The position numbers and the translations under genes were made by a program. Below are positions 37,292 through 46,143 of a DNA stretch of 64,000 nucleotides, piece after piece. Origin of the DNA: Candidatus Levyibacteriota bacterium (lineage in GTDB: Bacteria; Patescibacteriota; Microgenomatia; Levybacterales; UBA12049); contig JACOXT010000003.1 of assembly GCA_016182235.1 (NCBI GenBank), positions 451,488 through 515,487 on the forward strand. The letters are read 5' to 3'. Under the pieces are notes generated by a model. That model worked only from the letters and a program-made list of their open reading frames with translations. It did no database searches and had not been told where the DNA came from. Each line of letters opens with the position of its first letter. The stretch's first letter is position 1.

Positions 37292-40024
37292 ATGAATAAA
37301 CTGCAAAAAGAAGCAAAAGAAAAAATTAAAGAACTTATCGGTAAGTATGAGTTAGCTGTTGTGGCGGGGCAAATTAAGAAGTACACGGAAGAAGAGACAA
37401 AAAATTCTTTTATAAAACCTCTTTTTGAAGCTCTAGGATGGGATTTTTCAGAAAAAAACGAAGTCTCTGCGGAAGAAAATATTATATCTTCAGGCAGAGT
37501 TGATTACGGATTTTATATTAACGGTCGAGCCAAATTTTATCTTGAAGCAAAAAAGTTAAAAGCGGATTTAAATTCGGAAGAATTTGCCCGCCAAGCAATT
37601 AGATACGGCTTCAATAAGGGCGTTACTTGGGCTGTTTTAACTGATTTCGAAAGCATCAAGGTCTTTAATTCCCAAGCTCTTTCAAATTATTTAGGGGATA
37701 AACTGTATTTTGAAATAAATTATTCGGAATATTTAGAGTGTTTGGATCAATTATGGCTCTTGTCAAAAGAAGCATTTGAAACTGACCTAATTGATAAGGA
37801 GGCTGAGAAAGCAGGTAAGAAATTACAAAAAGTTCCTGTTACTGAGCTTCTCTATAAAGATTTAAATGAATGCAGAAAAATATTGACAGAATATTTGGGT
37901 AAATGGAATCCGAAAGTGACAAAAGATCTTTTAGATGAAGGTGTACAAAAATTACTAGATAGATTAATTTTTATCAGAGTTGCCGAAGATAGAAAAATTG
38001 AACAGAATATTTTAGTTCCTTTAATTAATCAGTGGAGAGCTTTTGCTGGTAAGAATAAACCCGAGCTGTATGAATCCATGGCTGACAAATTTAGAGAGCT
38101 TGATGATATTTACAATTCCAATCTATTTACTCCGCATCCTTTTGAGAAATGGGAGGACGATGGCGGAGCGCTAGAGAAAGTCATAAAAATTCTACACGGA
38201 AAATCAGGTTATTATGAATATGACTTTAGTGTTATGCCGGCTGATGTTTTAGGAAGTGTCTATGAAAATTACTTGGGACATAAATTATCTCAGTCTAAAA
38301 AAGGACTGACGTTGGATAAAACAGCAAATAAAAGAAAAGAACAGGGAATTTACTATACTCCAACTTTTATAGTTGATTATATTGTCAGAAATGCTCTAAA
38401 ACCAGTTTTGGATAAGTGCAGAAGCATTAATGATTTGAAGAAAATTAAAGTTTTGGACCCTGCTTGCGGTTCGGGATCTTTTCTCATAAAAGCGTTGGAA
38501 GTTATAGCGGAAAAGTACAAGGATTTTAACGCTCCAATAAATGAGTTTACGAAAATACAAATAATTTTAGAGAATTTATATGGAGTTGATTTGGATATGC
38601 AAGCGGTAGAAATTGCAAGACTTAATCTACTGGTTAATACTCTCGAGGAAAAAGGCAAACTGCCCTCTTTGGACAAAAATATAAAGAATGGCAATTCGTT
38701 GATTTCAGGAACAGACGAAGAACTGGAAAAATATTTCGACAAAAACTTCAGAGACAAAAAACCTTTTAATTGGCAAGAAGAATTTCCGGAAGTCTTCAAG
38801 CAAGGTGGATTTGATGTAATAATAGGCAATCCTCCATACATTTTTGCTCGGGGTGGTAATTTTGATGACAATGAAAAAAAATATTATTATGACAACTATA
38901 AACTTCAAAAATATCAGATTAATACGTACCTTCTTTTTATAGAACGCACATACAACTTACTTAAACAGAACGGGAGATTAGGGTTCATAGTTCCTAACAA
39001 CTGGTTAACGATAAGCACTTTCAAGAATCTTAGAGAATTTATCCTGAAGGAGATGGGGGGAGTAAGAATAATTAATACTGTTGAAGCAGTATTTTCTCAG
39101 GCAAGTGTTGATACTTGCATTCTAATATTTGAAAAGTCAAAACCAACAGAAATTCAACTTGGAGAGCTAAGGGAAAATCAAGCACCATTAATGAAAAAAT
39201 ACAAGCCAGAAGATTTTTATGCGAACGATTTTATAATAAATATAACAAAAATATCTAGCCTTAAAGGCAATGCTATATTGAACAAAATAGATAGCAATTC
39301 CCTTTCTCTTAGTGACATAGCAAGAGTGTCTTCTGGGTTAAAAGCTTATCAGGAAGGCAAAGGTAAGCCGATTCAAACAAAAGAGATTAAAGAATCAAGA
39401 AAATATCATTCTCAGAAAAGACTAGATAAAACTTATTTTCCATATTTACAAGGTAGCGATGTCAAACGATATTTTCTTGACTGGTCTAAGGAATACTTAA
39501 GTTATGGTGATTGGTTAGCCGAACCAAGAAAATCTGTTCCCTTCAACGGCCATAGAATCTTAGTTCGGCAAATACCTTCTTCTTTACCTTACTGCATAAA
39601 TGCTGCATATACAGAAGATTACTATTTTAACGATATTAACAGTATGGTTATTTTCGATTCGATTAGAGGATACGATCTTAGATACATTCTGGGTATTATA
39701 AATACTAAGTTAATTTCCTATTGGTTTGCAAATGTTTTTGATAAATTTCAACGTAAAATATTCCCACAATTTAAGGTAAATGAGCTAGCTAAATTTCCGA
39801 TTTATAAGGCAGAAAAAAATAAACAAAAAGCAATTATTGAATTGGTTAATAAGATAATGCAGCTTAAGAAAGATTTAAAAAAATTAGATGCAAATTCCAA
39901 TAAATGGGTCAAGATAAAAGAAGAAATAGAAAAAACGGACAAAAAAATTGATGAAGAAGTCTATAAACTCTATGGTCTCACGCAGGAAGAAATTAGAGTT
40001 GTGGAAGATAATAACGAGAACTAA
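37292..40024 (+). CDS. Type IIG/IIL restriction-modification enzyme (MmeI-like): N-terminal PD-(D/E)xK nuclease, gamma-class N6-adenine methyltransferase, C-terminal TRD
   Basis: N-terminal ...GRVDYGF..FYLEAKK (D...E-x-K), methyltransferase motif I VLDPACGSGSFL, motif IV IGNPPY. 910 aa, close to the MmeI family size. Confidence 0.75.
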   Translation: MNKLQKEAKEKIKELIGKYELAVVAGQIKKYTEEETKNSFIKPLFEALGWDFSEKNEVSAEENIISSGRVDYGFYINGRAKFYLEAKKLKADLNSEEFARQAIRYGFNKGVTWAVLTDFESIKVFNSQALSNYLGDKLYFEINYSEYLECLDQLWLLSKEAFETDLIDKEAEKAGKKLQKVPVTELLYKDLNECRKILTEYLGKWNPKVTKDLLDEGVQKLLDRLIFIRVAEDRKIEQNILVPLINQWRAFAGKNKPELYESMADKFRELDDIYNSNLFTPHPFEKWEDDGGALEKVIKILHGKSGYYEYDFSVMPADVLGSVYENYLGHKLSQSKKGLTLDKTANKRKEQGIYYTPTFIVDYIVRNALKPVLDKCRSINDLKKIKVLDPACGSGSFLIKALEVIAEKYKDFNAPINEFTKIQIILENLYGVDLDMQAVEIARLNLLVNTLEEKGKLPSLDKNIKNGNSLISGTDEELEKYFDKNFRDKKPFNWQEEFPEVFKQGGFDVIIGNPPYIFARGGNFDDNEKKYYYDNYKLQKYQINTYLLFIERTYNLLKQNGRLGFIVPNNWLTISTFKNLREFILKEMGGVRIINTVEAVFSQASVDTCILIFEKSKPTEIQLGELRENQAPLMKKYKPEDFYANDFIINITKISSLKGNAILNKIDSNSLSLSDIARVSSGLKAYQEGKGKPIQTKEIKESRKYHSQKRLDKTYFPYLQGSDVKRYFLDWSKEYLSYGDWLAEPRKSVPFNGHRILVRQIPSSLPYCINAAYTEDYYFNDINSMVIFDSIRGYDLRYILGIINTKLISYWFANVFDKFQRKIFPQFKVNELAKFPIYKAEKNKQKAIIELVNKIMQLKKDLKKLDANSNKWVKIKEEIEKTDKKIDEEVYKLYGLTQEEIRVVEDNNEN

Positions 40025-40045
40025 CTGGCCGATGAAAATTTTCAT

Positions 40046-41128
40046 TTGAATATGGCATACCCACTTATCATTTTAGGAGCAGGTGCATCCTTTGACTTTC
40101 AAGATCTTTTAGATTATGAGGGAAGCAATGACATTATTAAGCTACTTGAATGGCGTCCTCCACTTGTAAATAAAATGTTTGATGTTGCGCGACTTGGAAG
40201 AATAATTGGAAACTATGATGATGTTAAACCACTTGCCTCAACAGTAAATAATCTTGTTAAAAATAAAAATATCAACTTTGATTTTGAAAAGCATTTGTCA
40301 CAAATAGAAAGCAAGTATCCTGAAAATAGCTATAAACAGATAATGGCCTTAAGGTTTTACCTTGCAGAACTTTTTAGTAAAATTTCTTACTACTATTTTA
40401 GACATACAAATAACCATCTTCATTTAATTAACGAGGTCAATAACAGAGGAGGAAATGCCTGTGTTGTAAACTTTAATTATGATACTTTATTTGAAAAGAA
40501 TATTAAAACTATCGGTAATAATGATAATATCGATGCCTATATTTCAGGAAACATCAAGATAATTAAAATACACGGTGCTCATAATTGGCGTTACAGCCCC
40601 AAAGCAGCAATTGCTAAAACTGGTGTTTATGATTTTTTTATATCTGGAGGGCGGAGCTTCTATGAAGAATATAAAGATCATGAAGTTGATCCAACAACTA
40701 CAAAAATTCTTGACTACAGTAAAGAAAATTTTGACCTAAACGAGTATAGGAAAAGTAGGGAAGATAAAACCCTCTCTATCAACACATGGCTATACTACTT
40801 ACCTGCAATAGCAATACCTATAGGGACAAAAGGAAATCACGTATGCCCAAAAAAACACATAAACACTTTAATTGAACAGTTAAAGATGGTTGACAGGATT
40901 CTTGTTATTGGATGGCGCGTTCAGGATGAGTACCTTTTATCACTATTAAAAGCACACTTACAAAATGGTGTTAAGTTAACTGTCGTATCTAGTGGCAATA
41001 CCTCAGCAAAAGAATACATAGAAAAGTTTAAGGCAATAATTCAAATAAAAATTCTAGACATGACTTTTCCTAATAATGGATATACAAATTTTATGATTAA
41101 CGGAGGGATTGAACGATTTTTATCATAA
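40046..41128 (+). CDS. SIR2_2-like (Thoeris ThsA/DSR-type SIR2) domain protein, putative NAD+-consuming defense effector
   Basis: LIILGAGASFDF (GAGxS), VVNFNYDTLFE (NYD motif) and IKIHGAHNW (HG motif). Confidence 0.6.
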   Translation: MNMAYPLIILGAGASFDFQDLLDYEGSNDIIKLLEWRPPLVNKMFDVARLGRIIGNYDDVKPLASTVNNLVKNKNINFDFEKHLSQIESKYPENSYKQIMALRFYLAELFSKISYYYFRHTNNHLHLINEVNNRGGNACVVNFNYDTLFEKNIKTIGNNDNIDAYISGNIKIIKIHGAHNWRYSPKAAIAKTGVYDFFISGGRSFYEEYKDHEVDPTTTKILDYSKENFDLNEYRKSREDKTLSINTWLYYLPAIAIPIGTKGNHVCPKKHINTLIEQLKMVDRILVIGWRVQDEYLLSLLKAHLQNGVKLTVVSSGNTSAKEYIEKFKAIIQIKILDMTFPNNGYTNFMINGGIERFLS

Positions 41129-41264
41129 CTCATGAAATTTGACCAACCGGTAAAAAATTATGAGGAGATATAAAACTAAATTGTTCGATATTGCAACCCA
41201 GACAGAACGAAAATTTACATGATAAAATCTCAAGAGATACTTGTGGAGATATTTAAAAAATAAT

Positions 41265-41420
41265 ATGGGTAAAAGTAAAAAAATTATTGTAAAAGGAAGC
41301 AAAATCGGTATCATCTTACATATTGGGGATAATGATTTTATCTCTCTAACCGATATGGCAAAATATAAAACTTACTGGTTTGGGGACTGGTTTGGGGACG
41401 GTCCTCGGAGGTGTTGTTAA
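41265..41420 (+). CDS. 51-aa ORF resembling a KilA-N/Bro-N-like N-terminal fragment (possible mobile-element remnant)
   Basis: MGKSKKIIVKGSKIGIILHIGDNDFISLTDMAKYK... The 3-prime end overlaps the TTTGGGGAC repeat motif. The assignment is weak. Confidence 0.2.
   Translation: MGKSKKIIVKGSKIGIILHIGDNDFISLTDMAKYKTYWFGDWFGDGPRRCC
41378..41410. repeat. GGTTTGGGGAC x2 + GGTCCTCGGAG motif (copy 1 of 3)
   Basis: ggtttggggactggtttggggacggtcctcggag. Confidence 0.6.
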
Positions 41421-41547
41421 GACACTCCAAAACAAACGCTGTTCTTGGAGCACCCACAACTCACCCTTAAATACTTGAGAATATTGGCATGTTATCGATT
41501 ATCTATTTCTTTTACTATCTCGAGCATGAAGGAGTAGATGTCTATTT

Positions 41548-42198
41548 CTATTGTTCAATTGCTAAAACCTGAAGGTGACTTTCGTGTTGTTCCAGAACCC
41601 CGCCATATGTCTGAACATATATGGATACAGTATGGTTTCCGGCAGATACAGGGAATACTCCGTTTACCGCTAAAGGAACTGCGGCATTTGCCGTAGTCAT
41701 AGTCGTTTGGTTGAACACTGCTTGATCAATATCATCAATATAAATATGGTAGAGGTGCTGAAATCCTCCGACTGTATTTCTGGTATCAACGTCGTAGTTT
41801 ACCCATAGAAGGCAATTTTCCGGGCAATTGGCTGTAATCTCATCAGGCGTTTTTACACTGTGTGGGTGTGTTATAGAAGTGCTAAAGAAAGATCCCCTTC
41901 TGGACCATATTCCAAAAACTATTTTATTTGATAAATTCTTGTTTTCAATTTCTTCAATTTTTGCAGACATTGTCGCATCATTAGTCTTGAGATCCTCTAT
42001 ATCGTCTTCATTTTGACTGACCCTGTTACTTAGGTCGTCGATGTCTTTTGACAAATTTGAGATAGCATCGGATATGAGTTGTTCAACTTGTACTATTGTT
42101 GCGAAAATGGGATTATTTACAGGTGCCGCTTTTACTAACTGGGGAAAAGCTAGGATGCCAGCAAGGAAAAGAAGCAGGATTGTTCTTTTAACTACCAT
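41548..42198 (-). CDS. secreted coiled-coil protein with C-terminal beta-rich domain (hypothetical)
   Basis: Signal peptide MVVKRTILLLFLAGILAFPQLVKA, then an acidic coiled-coil (DDLSNRVSQNEDDIEDLK), then a C-terminal globular domain. Flanked on both sides by the GGGGAYGGTCCT motif. Confidence 0.6.
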   Translation of the reverse strand: MVVKRTILLLFLAGILAFPQLVKAAPVNNPIFATIVQVEQLISDAISNLSKDIDDLSNRVSQNEDDIEDLKTNDATMSAKIEEIENKNLSNKIVFGIWSRRGSFFSTSITHPHSVKTPDEITANCPENCLLWVNYDVDTRNTVGGFQHLYHIYIDDIDQAVFNQTTMTTANAAVPLAVNGVFPVSAGNHTVSIYVQTYGGVLEQHESHLQVLAIEQ

Positions 42199-42240
42199 AA
42201 TTAAGTTGTATTGTAAGAATATTAAATCTATTTGTCAATC

Positions 42241-42260
42241 GTTTGGGGATGGTCCTGAGA
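42241..42260. repeat. GTTTGGGGATGGTCCTGAGA motif (copy 2 of 3), 43 nt upstream of the minus-strand secreted-protein gene
   Basis: gtttggggatggtcctgaga. Confidence 0.6.
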
Positions 42261-42449
42261 TATATTGTTGTAGTAAGCTGAAAGTGAAACATTTTGATCC
42301 TTCGGCCAGCTCAGGACAAGTATGTAGGCATCAATTCAAATGTTAATTATTTTGCCTTGAGAAGATTTTAAGGGTTAGAAACAAGAACTATGTTAAAAAG
42401 TATTTAAACTTTAATTTTTTCTTAAAAAGCTTTAAGATAGTAAGATTGC

Positions 42450-42818
42450 ATGATGGATGAAGAAAGATTTAGAGAGTTGGTGGAGGAGGCGATTGATTCA
42501 CTTCCGACTGAGTTTGCGGAAAAACTTAATAACGTTGCAGTTATTGTGGAGGATACTCCCTCTCCAATGCAAATTAGAAAACTTGGGCTTCGTTCGTTAA
42601 CTCTTCTTCTGGGACTTTATGAAGGAATCCCCCAAACAAAAAGAGGGCATTATTCAGGAGTGCTTCCTGACAAAATAACAATATTCAAAAGCTCAATTGA
42701 GATGATCGCAAGAACTGAAGAGGAGATAAAAGAAAAGGTCAGAGATACGGTTATCCATGAAATCGGGCATCACTTCGGGCTTTCCGATAAAGACTTGGAC
42801 AAGAATAGGGTAGAATAG
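42450..42818 (+). CDS. small zincin-like metallopeptidase family protein (HExxH)
   Basis: VIHEIGHHFGLSD in a 122-aa protein, placed immediately upstream of mraY. Confidence 0.6.
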   Translation: MMDEERFRELVEEAIDSLPTEFAEKLNNVAVIVEDTPSPMQIRKLGLRSLTLLLGLYEGIPQTKRGHYSGVLPDKITIFKSSIEMIARTEEEIKEKVRDTVIHEIGHHFGLSDKDLDKNRVE

Positions 42819-42832
42819 TATAATATAGTTCT

Positions 42833-43843
42833 ATGGCGCAACTTTTGGGGCTGATTCTCCTTTCTTTATTCATTACCGCCATTCTTTTAGTTCCCTTTAT
42901 AGATTTTCTATATCGGATGAAGTTTCGCCGCCTCAAGCAAAGGACGCTGGATATGTTTAATAAGCCAACGCCTGTTTTTGATAAGTTCAATAACTGGAAA
43001 GTTGGAACGCCTGTAGGAGGAGGATTACTAATTATCGCTGTTGTTTCCATCTTGACCTTGTGGGCATATGGAATACTGGGTGTTGAGTATAAGCCGTGGC
43101 AGCTTTTTGCCATTTTATTTACATTCATAGGTTTTGGAGCGTTGGGGTTTTATGATGATATGAAAAAGCTGGTTAACGGCAGAAAAATAGCTTTTTTTGG
43201 TCTTCGCTTTAGGCATAAATTTATAATTCAATGGATATTGGCCCTTATTATCGCATCAGTATTGTATTTCAAACTGGGTTACTCTTTTATCTTCATCAAA
43301 GGGTTTGATCTTATAACATTGGGGTTTCTATTTATACCGTTTGCGGCTTTTGTAATAGTCTCATTTGCTAACGCATTTAATATAGCTGATGGATTAGACG
43401 GACTTTCATCAGGGCTTCTTCTTATTTGTCTTGCGGCCTTTCTTGCAATTACAGCTAATCAATTAGATGAGCCTCTTGGAATTTTTATCGCGATCCTCAT
43501 GGGAAGCGTTGCCGCATTTTTATATTTTAACATCTATAAAGCAAGAATTTGGCTTGGAGATGTCGGTTCCTTGTCTCTGGGCGCTGTTTTGGCTGTTATG
43601 GGACTATTGACAGGTAAGATTATCGCCCTTGCTTTTATAGGCGGAGTATTTGTTATAGAAATAGCATCTTCTCTTATTCAGATTATCTCTAAAAAATTTT
43701 TTCATAGAAAGGTGTTTTTAGCCTCGCCTTTTCATTTGTTTTTACAAAGACTTGGCTGGGAAGAACCGAAAGTTGTTATGAGAGCGTGGCTTTTAGGATT
43801 TCTTTTTGCAATATTAGGTCTTTATATTGCTTTTATAACTTAG
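42833..43843 (+). CDS. mraY: phospho-N-acetylmuramoyl-pentapeptide-transferase
   Basis: Ten-TM protein with the NAFNIADGLDGL motif. Confidence 0.9.
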   Translation: MAQLLGLILLSLFITAILLVPFIDFLYRMKFRRLKQRTLDMFNKPTPVFDKFNNWKVGTPVGGGLLIIAVVSILTLWAYGILGVEYKPWQLFAILFTFIGFGALGFYDDMKKLVNGRKIAFFGLRFRHKFIIQWILALIIASVLYFKLGYSFIFIKGFDLITLGFLFIPFAAFVIVSFANAFNIADGLDGLSSGLLLICLAAFLAITANQLDEPLGIFIAILMGSVAAFLYFNIYKARIWLGDVGSLSLGAVLAVMGLLTGKIIALAFIGGVFVIEIASSLIQIISKKFFHRKVFLASPFHLFLQRLGWEEPKVVMRAWLLGFLFAILGLYIAFIT

Positions 43844-43864
43844 TACCAGCCGCTTCAAAAGCTT

Positions 43865-45001
43865 ATGGGAAAGATTGATATTTCGCTTTTTATATCAGTA
43901 ATCCTACTTACTCTTTTTGGTCTTTTTATCATTTATGATGCTTCATCCTTTGTAGCCTACCGTGACTTTTCGGATAAATATCATTATATTAAAGATCAAT
44001 TTTTTTGGGTTGCGTTAGGAGTGGGTTTACTTATTTTTTTTTCGATGTTCGATTATCATAAGTTGTATTTACTTTCAATTCCCATTCTCTGTACCGCCTT
44101 AATTTTACTTATATTGGTTTTTGTGCCGGGAATTGGCGTTCGCCTTTTGGGAGCAAATAGATGGATTAACTTGGGAGCGTTTGTTTTGCAACCGGCGGAG
44201 TTTGTTAAACTTGCATTAGCAATCTATCTTTCCGCATGGTTCTCAAACAAAGAAAAAGGAAGACTATTGGCATTTTTACTTATATTAGGTTTGGTGTTAT
44301 TTCTTGTATTAATGGAGCCGGATATGGGCACTGCCGCCGTTATCCTTTCTGAAGCACTGGCAATTTATTTTTTATCTGGAGCAAACGTATTTTATTATGT
44401 CTTATTGGCGCCTATTTTGTTTGTATTGGGATTAATTATTATAAAGGTTTCTCCATATAGGGCTGAAAGACTTCAGGCATTTTTAAACATAGATCAGTCA
44501 ATAAGTACATCCTCTTACCATGTAAAACAGGCTCTAATTGCTCTAGGAGCTGGAGGATTAACAGGAGTTGGGCTTGGTAACTCATTACAAAAATATGCTT
44601 ATTTACCGGAGAGTGCGACTGATTCAATTTTTGCCATAATCGCTGAAGAACTCGGTTTTATTGGCGCGACTGGTCTTATTTTGGTTTTTGTTTTTATTGT
44701 TTGGAGATGTTTTCGTATTGCAGTTTCGGCGAAAGATGAATTCGGAAGACTTTTAGCTTCAGGCATCGCGACTTTTCTGGCAGTTCAGGCTGTTATTAAT
44801 TTGGGGTCACAAACAGCGCTTATTCCTCTGACAGGAATTCCTCTTCCTTTTCTGTCCTATGGAGGATCGGCTCTTATTGTGGATCTTTGTTCGATCGGAA
44901 TACTCCTTAATATATCAAAACAGGGTCTAGGGACTAACATTCAGCGTTCAGTTTATAGGAGTCGAAAAACTAGACGCCAGGCGGTAATAACTAAACGCTA
45001 A
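43865..45001 (+). CDS. ftsW: SEDS-family peptidoglycan glycosyltransferase FtsW
   Basis: SEDS motifs (QPAEFVK, LPESATDSIFA, PLPFLSYGGS). Sits between mraY and murG. Confidence 0.85.
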   Translation: MGKIDISLFISVILLTLFGLFIIYDASSFVAYRDFSDKYHYIKDQFFWVALGVGLLIFFSMFDYHKLYLLSIPILCTALILLILVFVPGIGVRLLGANRWINLGAFVLQPAEFVKLALAIYLSAWFSNKEKGRLLAFLLILGLVLFLVLMEPDMGTAAVILSEALAIYFLSGANVFYYVLLAPILFVLGLIIIKVSPYRAERLQAFLNIDQSISTSSYHVKQALIALGAGGLTGVGLGNSLQKYAYLPESATDSIFAIIAEELGFIGATGLILVFVFIVWRCFRIAVSAKDEFGRLLASGIATFLAVQAVINLGSQTALIPLTGIPLPFLSYGGSALIVDLCSIGILLNISKQGLGTNIQRSVYRSRKTRRQAVITKR

Positions 45002-45006
45002 ATATT

Positions 45007-46143
45007 ATGAAAGTTGTAGTAATAGGAGGCCATTTATCTCCAGCGTTATCCGTAATCGAAGCGCTGCCAAAAGAGGTAAGTATATTATTTGTTGGAAGAA
45101 AATATTCTTTTGAGGGAGATAAGTCAAAATCTTTGGAATACGAGACCATTAATTCTCTTAAGTTTCCTTTTGCTGAGATTACTACAGCAAGGTGGCAAAG
45201 AAAGTTTACAAGACACACTATTAATTCGCTCTTTAAATTTCCTATTGGAGTTATTCAGTCGTTATTTATTTTATTAAGATTTAAGCCAGATGTTGTTGTT
45301 GGATTTGGAGGGTATGTGTCTCTGCCAGTTGCTATATCTTCTTTTATCCTAAGAGTTCCCGTTGTAATTCACGAGCAGACTTTGGAGGCAGGTTTTTCAA
45401 ATAGAATAATTTCGGTATGGGCTTCTAAGATATGTATATCATGGGAGTCATCACGCTCATTTTTTCCAAAAGAAAAAACGGTATTGACAGGAAACCCGAT
45501 ACGGAAGTTCGAAGTTCCCGCTTCGCAGAGAGGCGAGCGAAGTATGAAGTATGAAGTTGATAAGAAGGTTCCTACAATTTATATAACCGGTGGAAGTTCG
45601 GGATCGCATTTTATCAACAAATTAGTCGAAGGTTGTATTGGGGAACTGCTGAGAAAATTCAACATAATCCATCAGATTGGAGAGTCAAAATTTGGCGATT
45701 TTGAACGCTTAGTAAAGCTTCGTGAGACATTTTCTTTTGATCAACGCAAAAGATATATTTTAAAAAAATTTGTTAAACCGTCCCAAGTTGCCTCAATTTT
45801 AAAATATTGCGATTTAGCTATATCACGTTCGGGTATAAATACAATAACAGAACTTATTTATTTTGAAAAACCAGCTATTCTAATACCCCTCCCATTTTCT
45901 CAAAATAACGAACAATTGAAAAACGCAAGATTTTTGGAGACGTTCAAATTAGGAAAAGTATTGTCTCAAAACGAAGCTGACTCAAGAAGCTTATCTCAAA
46001 TGGTAGACTTAATATTTGATAATATAAAAGAGCATAAGTTAAATGAGAGCGAATCAGCGAAGAGGCAAATAGAAAATGCGGCTCAAAATATAGTTAAGAT
46101 TGTTGAATATGTCGGTGAAACAAAGAAAGTCCCGAAATTATAG
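45007..46143 (+). CDS. murG: undecaprenyldiphospho-muramoylpentapeptide beta-N-acetylglucosaminyltransferase
   Basis: N-terminal VIGGHLSPALSV and a GT28 C-terminal domain. Carries the GC-palindrome insertion at 45504-45558. Confidence 0.8.
   Translation: MKVVVIGGHLSPALSVIEALPKEVSILFVGRKYSFEGDKSKSLEYETINSLKFPFAEITTARWQRKFTRHTINSLFKFPIGVIQSLFILLRFKPDVVVGFGGYVSLPVAISSFILRVPVVIHEQTLEAGFSNRIISVWASKICISWESSRSFFPKEKTVLTGNPIRKFEVPASQRGERSMKYEVDKKVPTIYITGGSSGSHFINKLVEGCIGELLRKFNIIHQIGESKFGDFERLVKLRETFSFDQRKRYILKKFVKPSQVASILKYCDLAISRSGINTITELIYFEKPAILIPLPFSQNNEQLKNARFLETFKLGKVLSQNEADSRSLSQMVDLIFDNIKEHKLNESESAKRQIENAAQNIVKIVEYVGETKKVPKL
45504..45558. repeat. mini-insertion in murG: GAAGTTC/GAAGTAT heptamer duplications flanking GC palindrome CCGCTTCGCAGAGAGGCGAGC (reverse orientation of the murE core)
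   Basis: GAAGTTCGAAGTTC[ccgcttcgcagagaggcgagc]GAAGTATGAAGTATGAAGTT. In frame. Confidence 0.7.

Noticed and set aside
42041-42346. 101-aa plus-strand ORF overlapping the start of the secreted-protein gene
   Set aside because: It lies antisense to, or overlaps, a gene that has a clear signal peptide. Its 3-prime part merely reads through the GGGGATGGTCCT motif.
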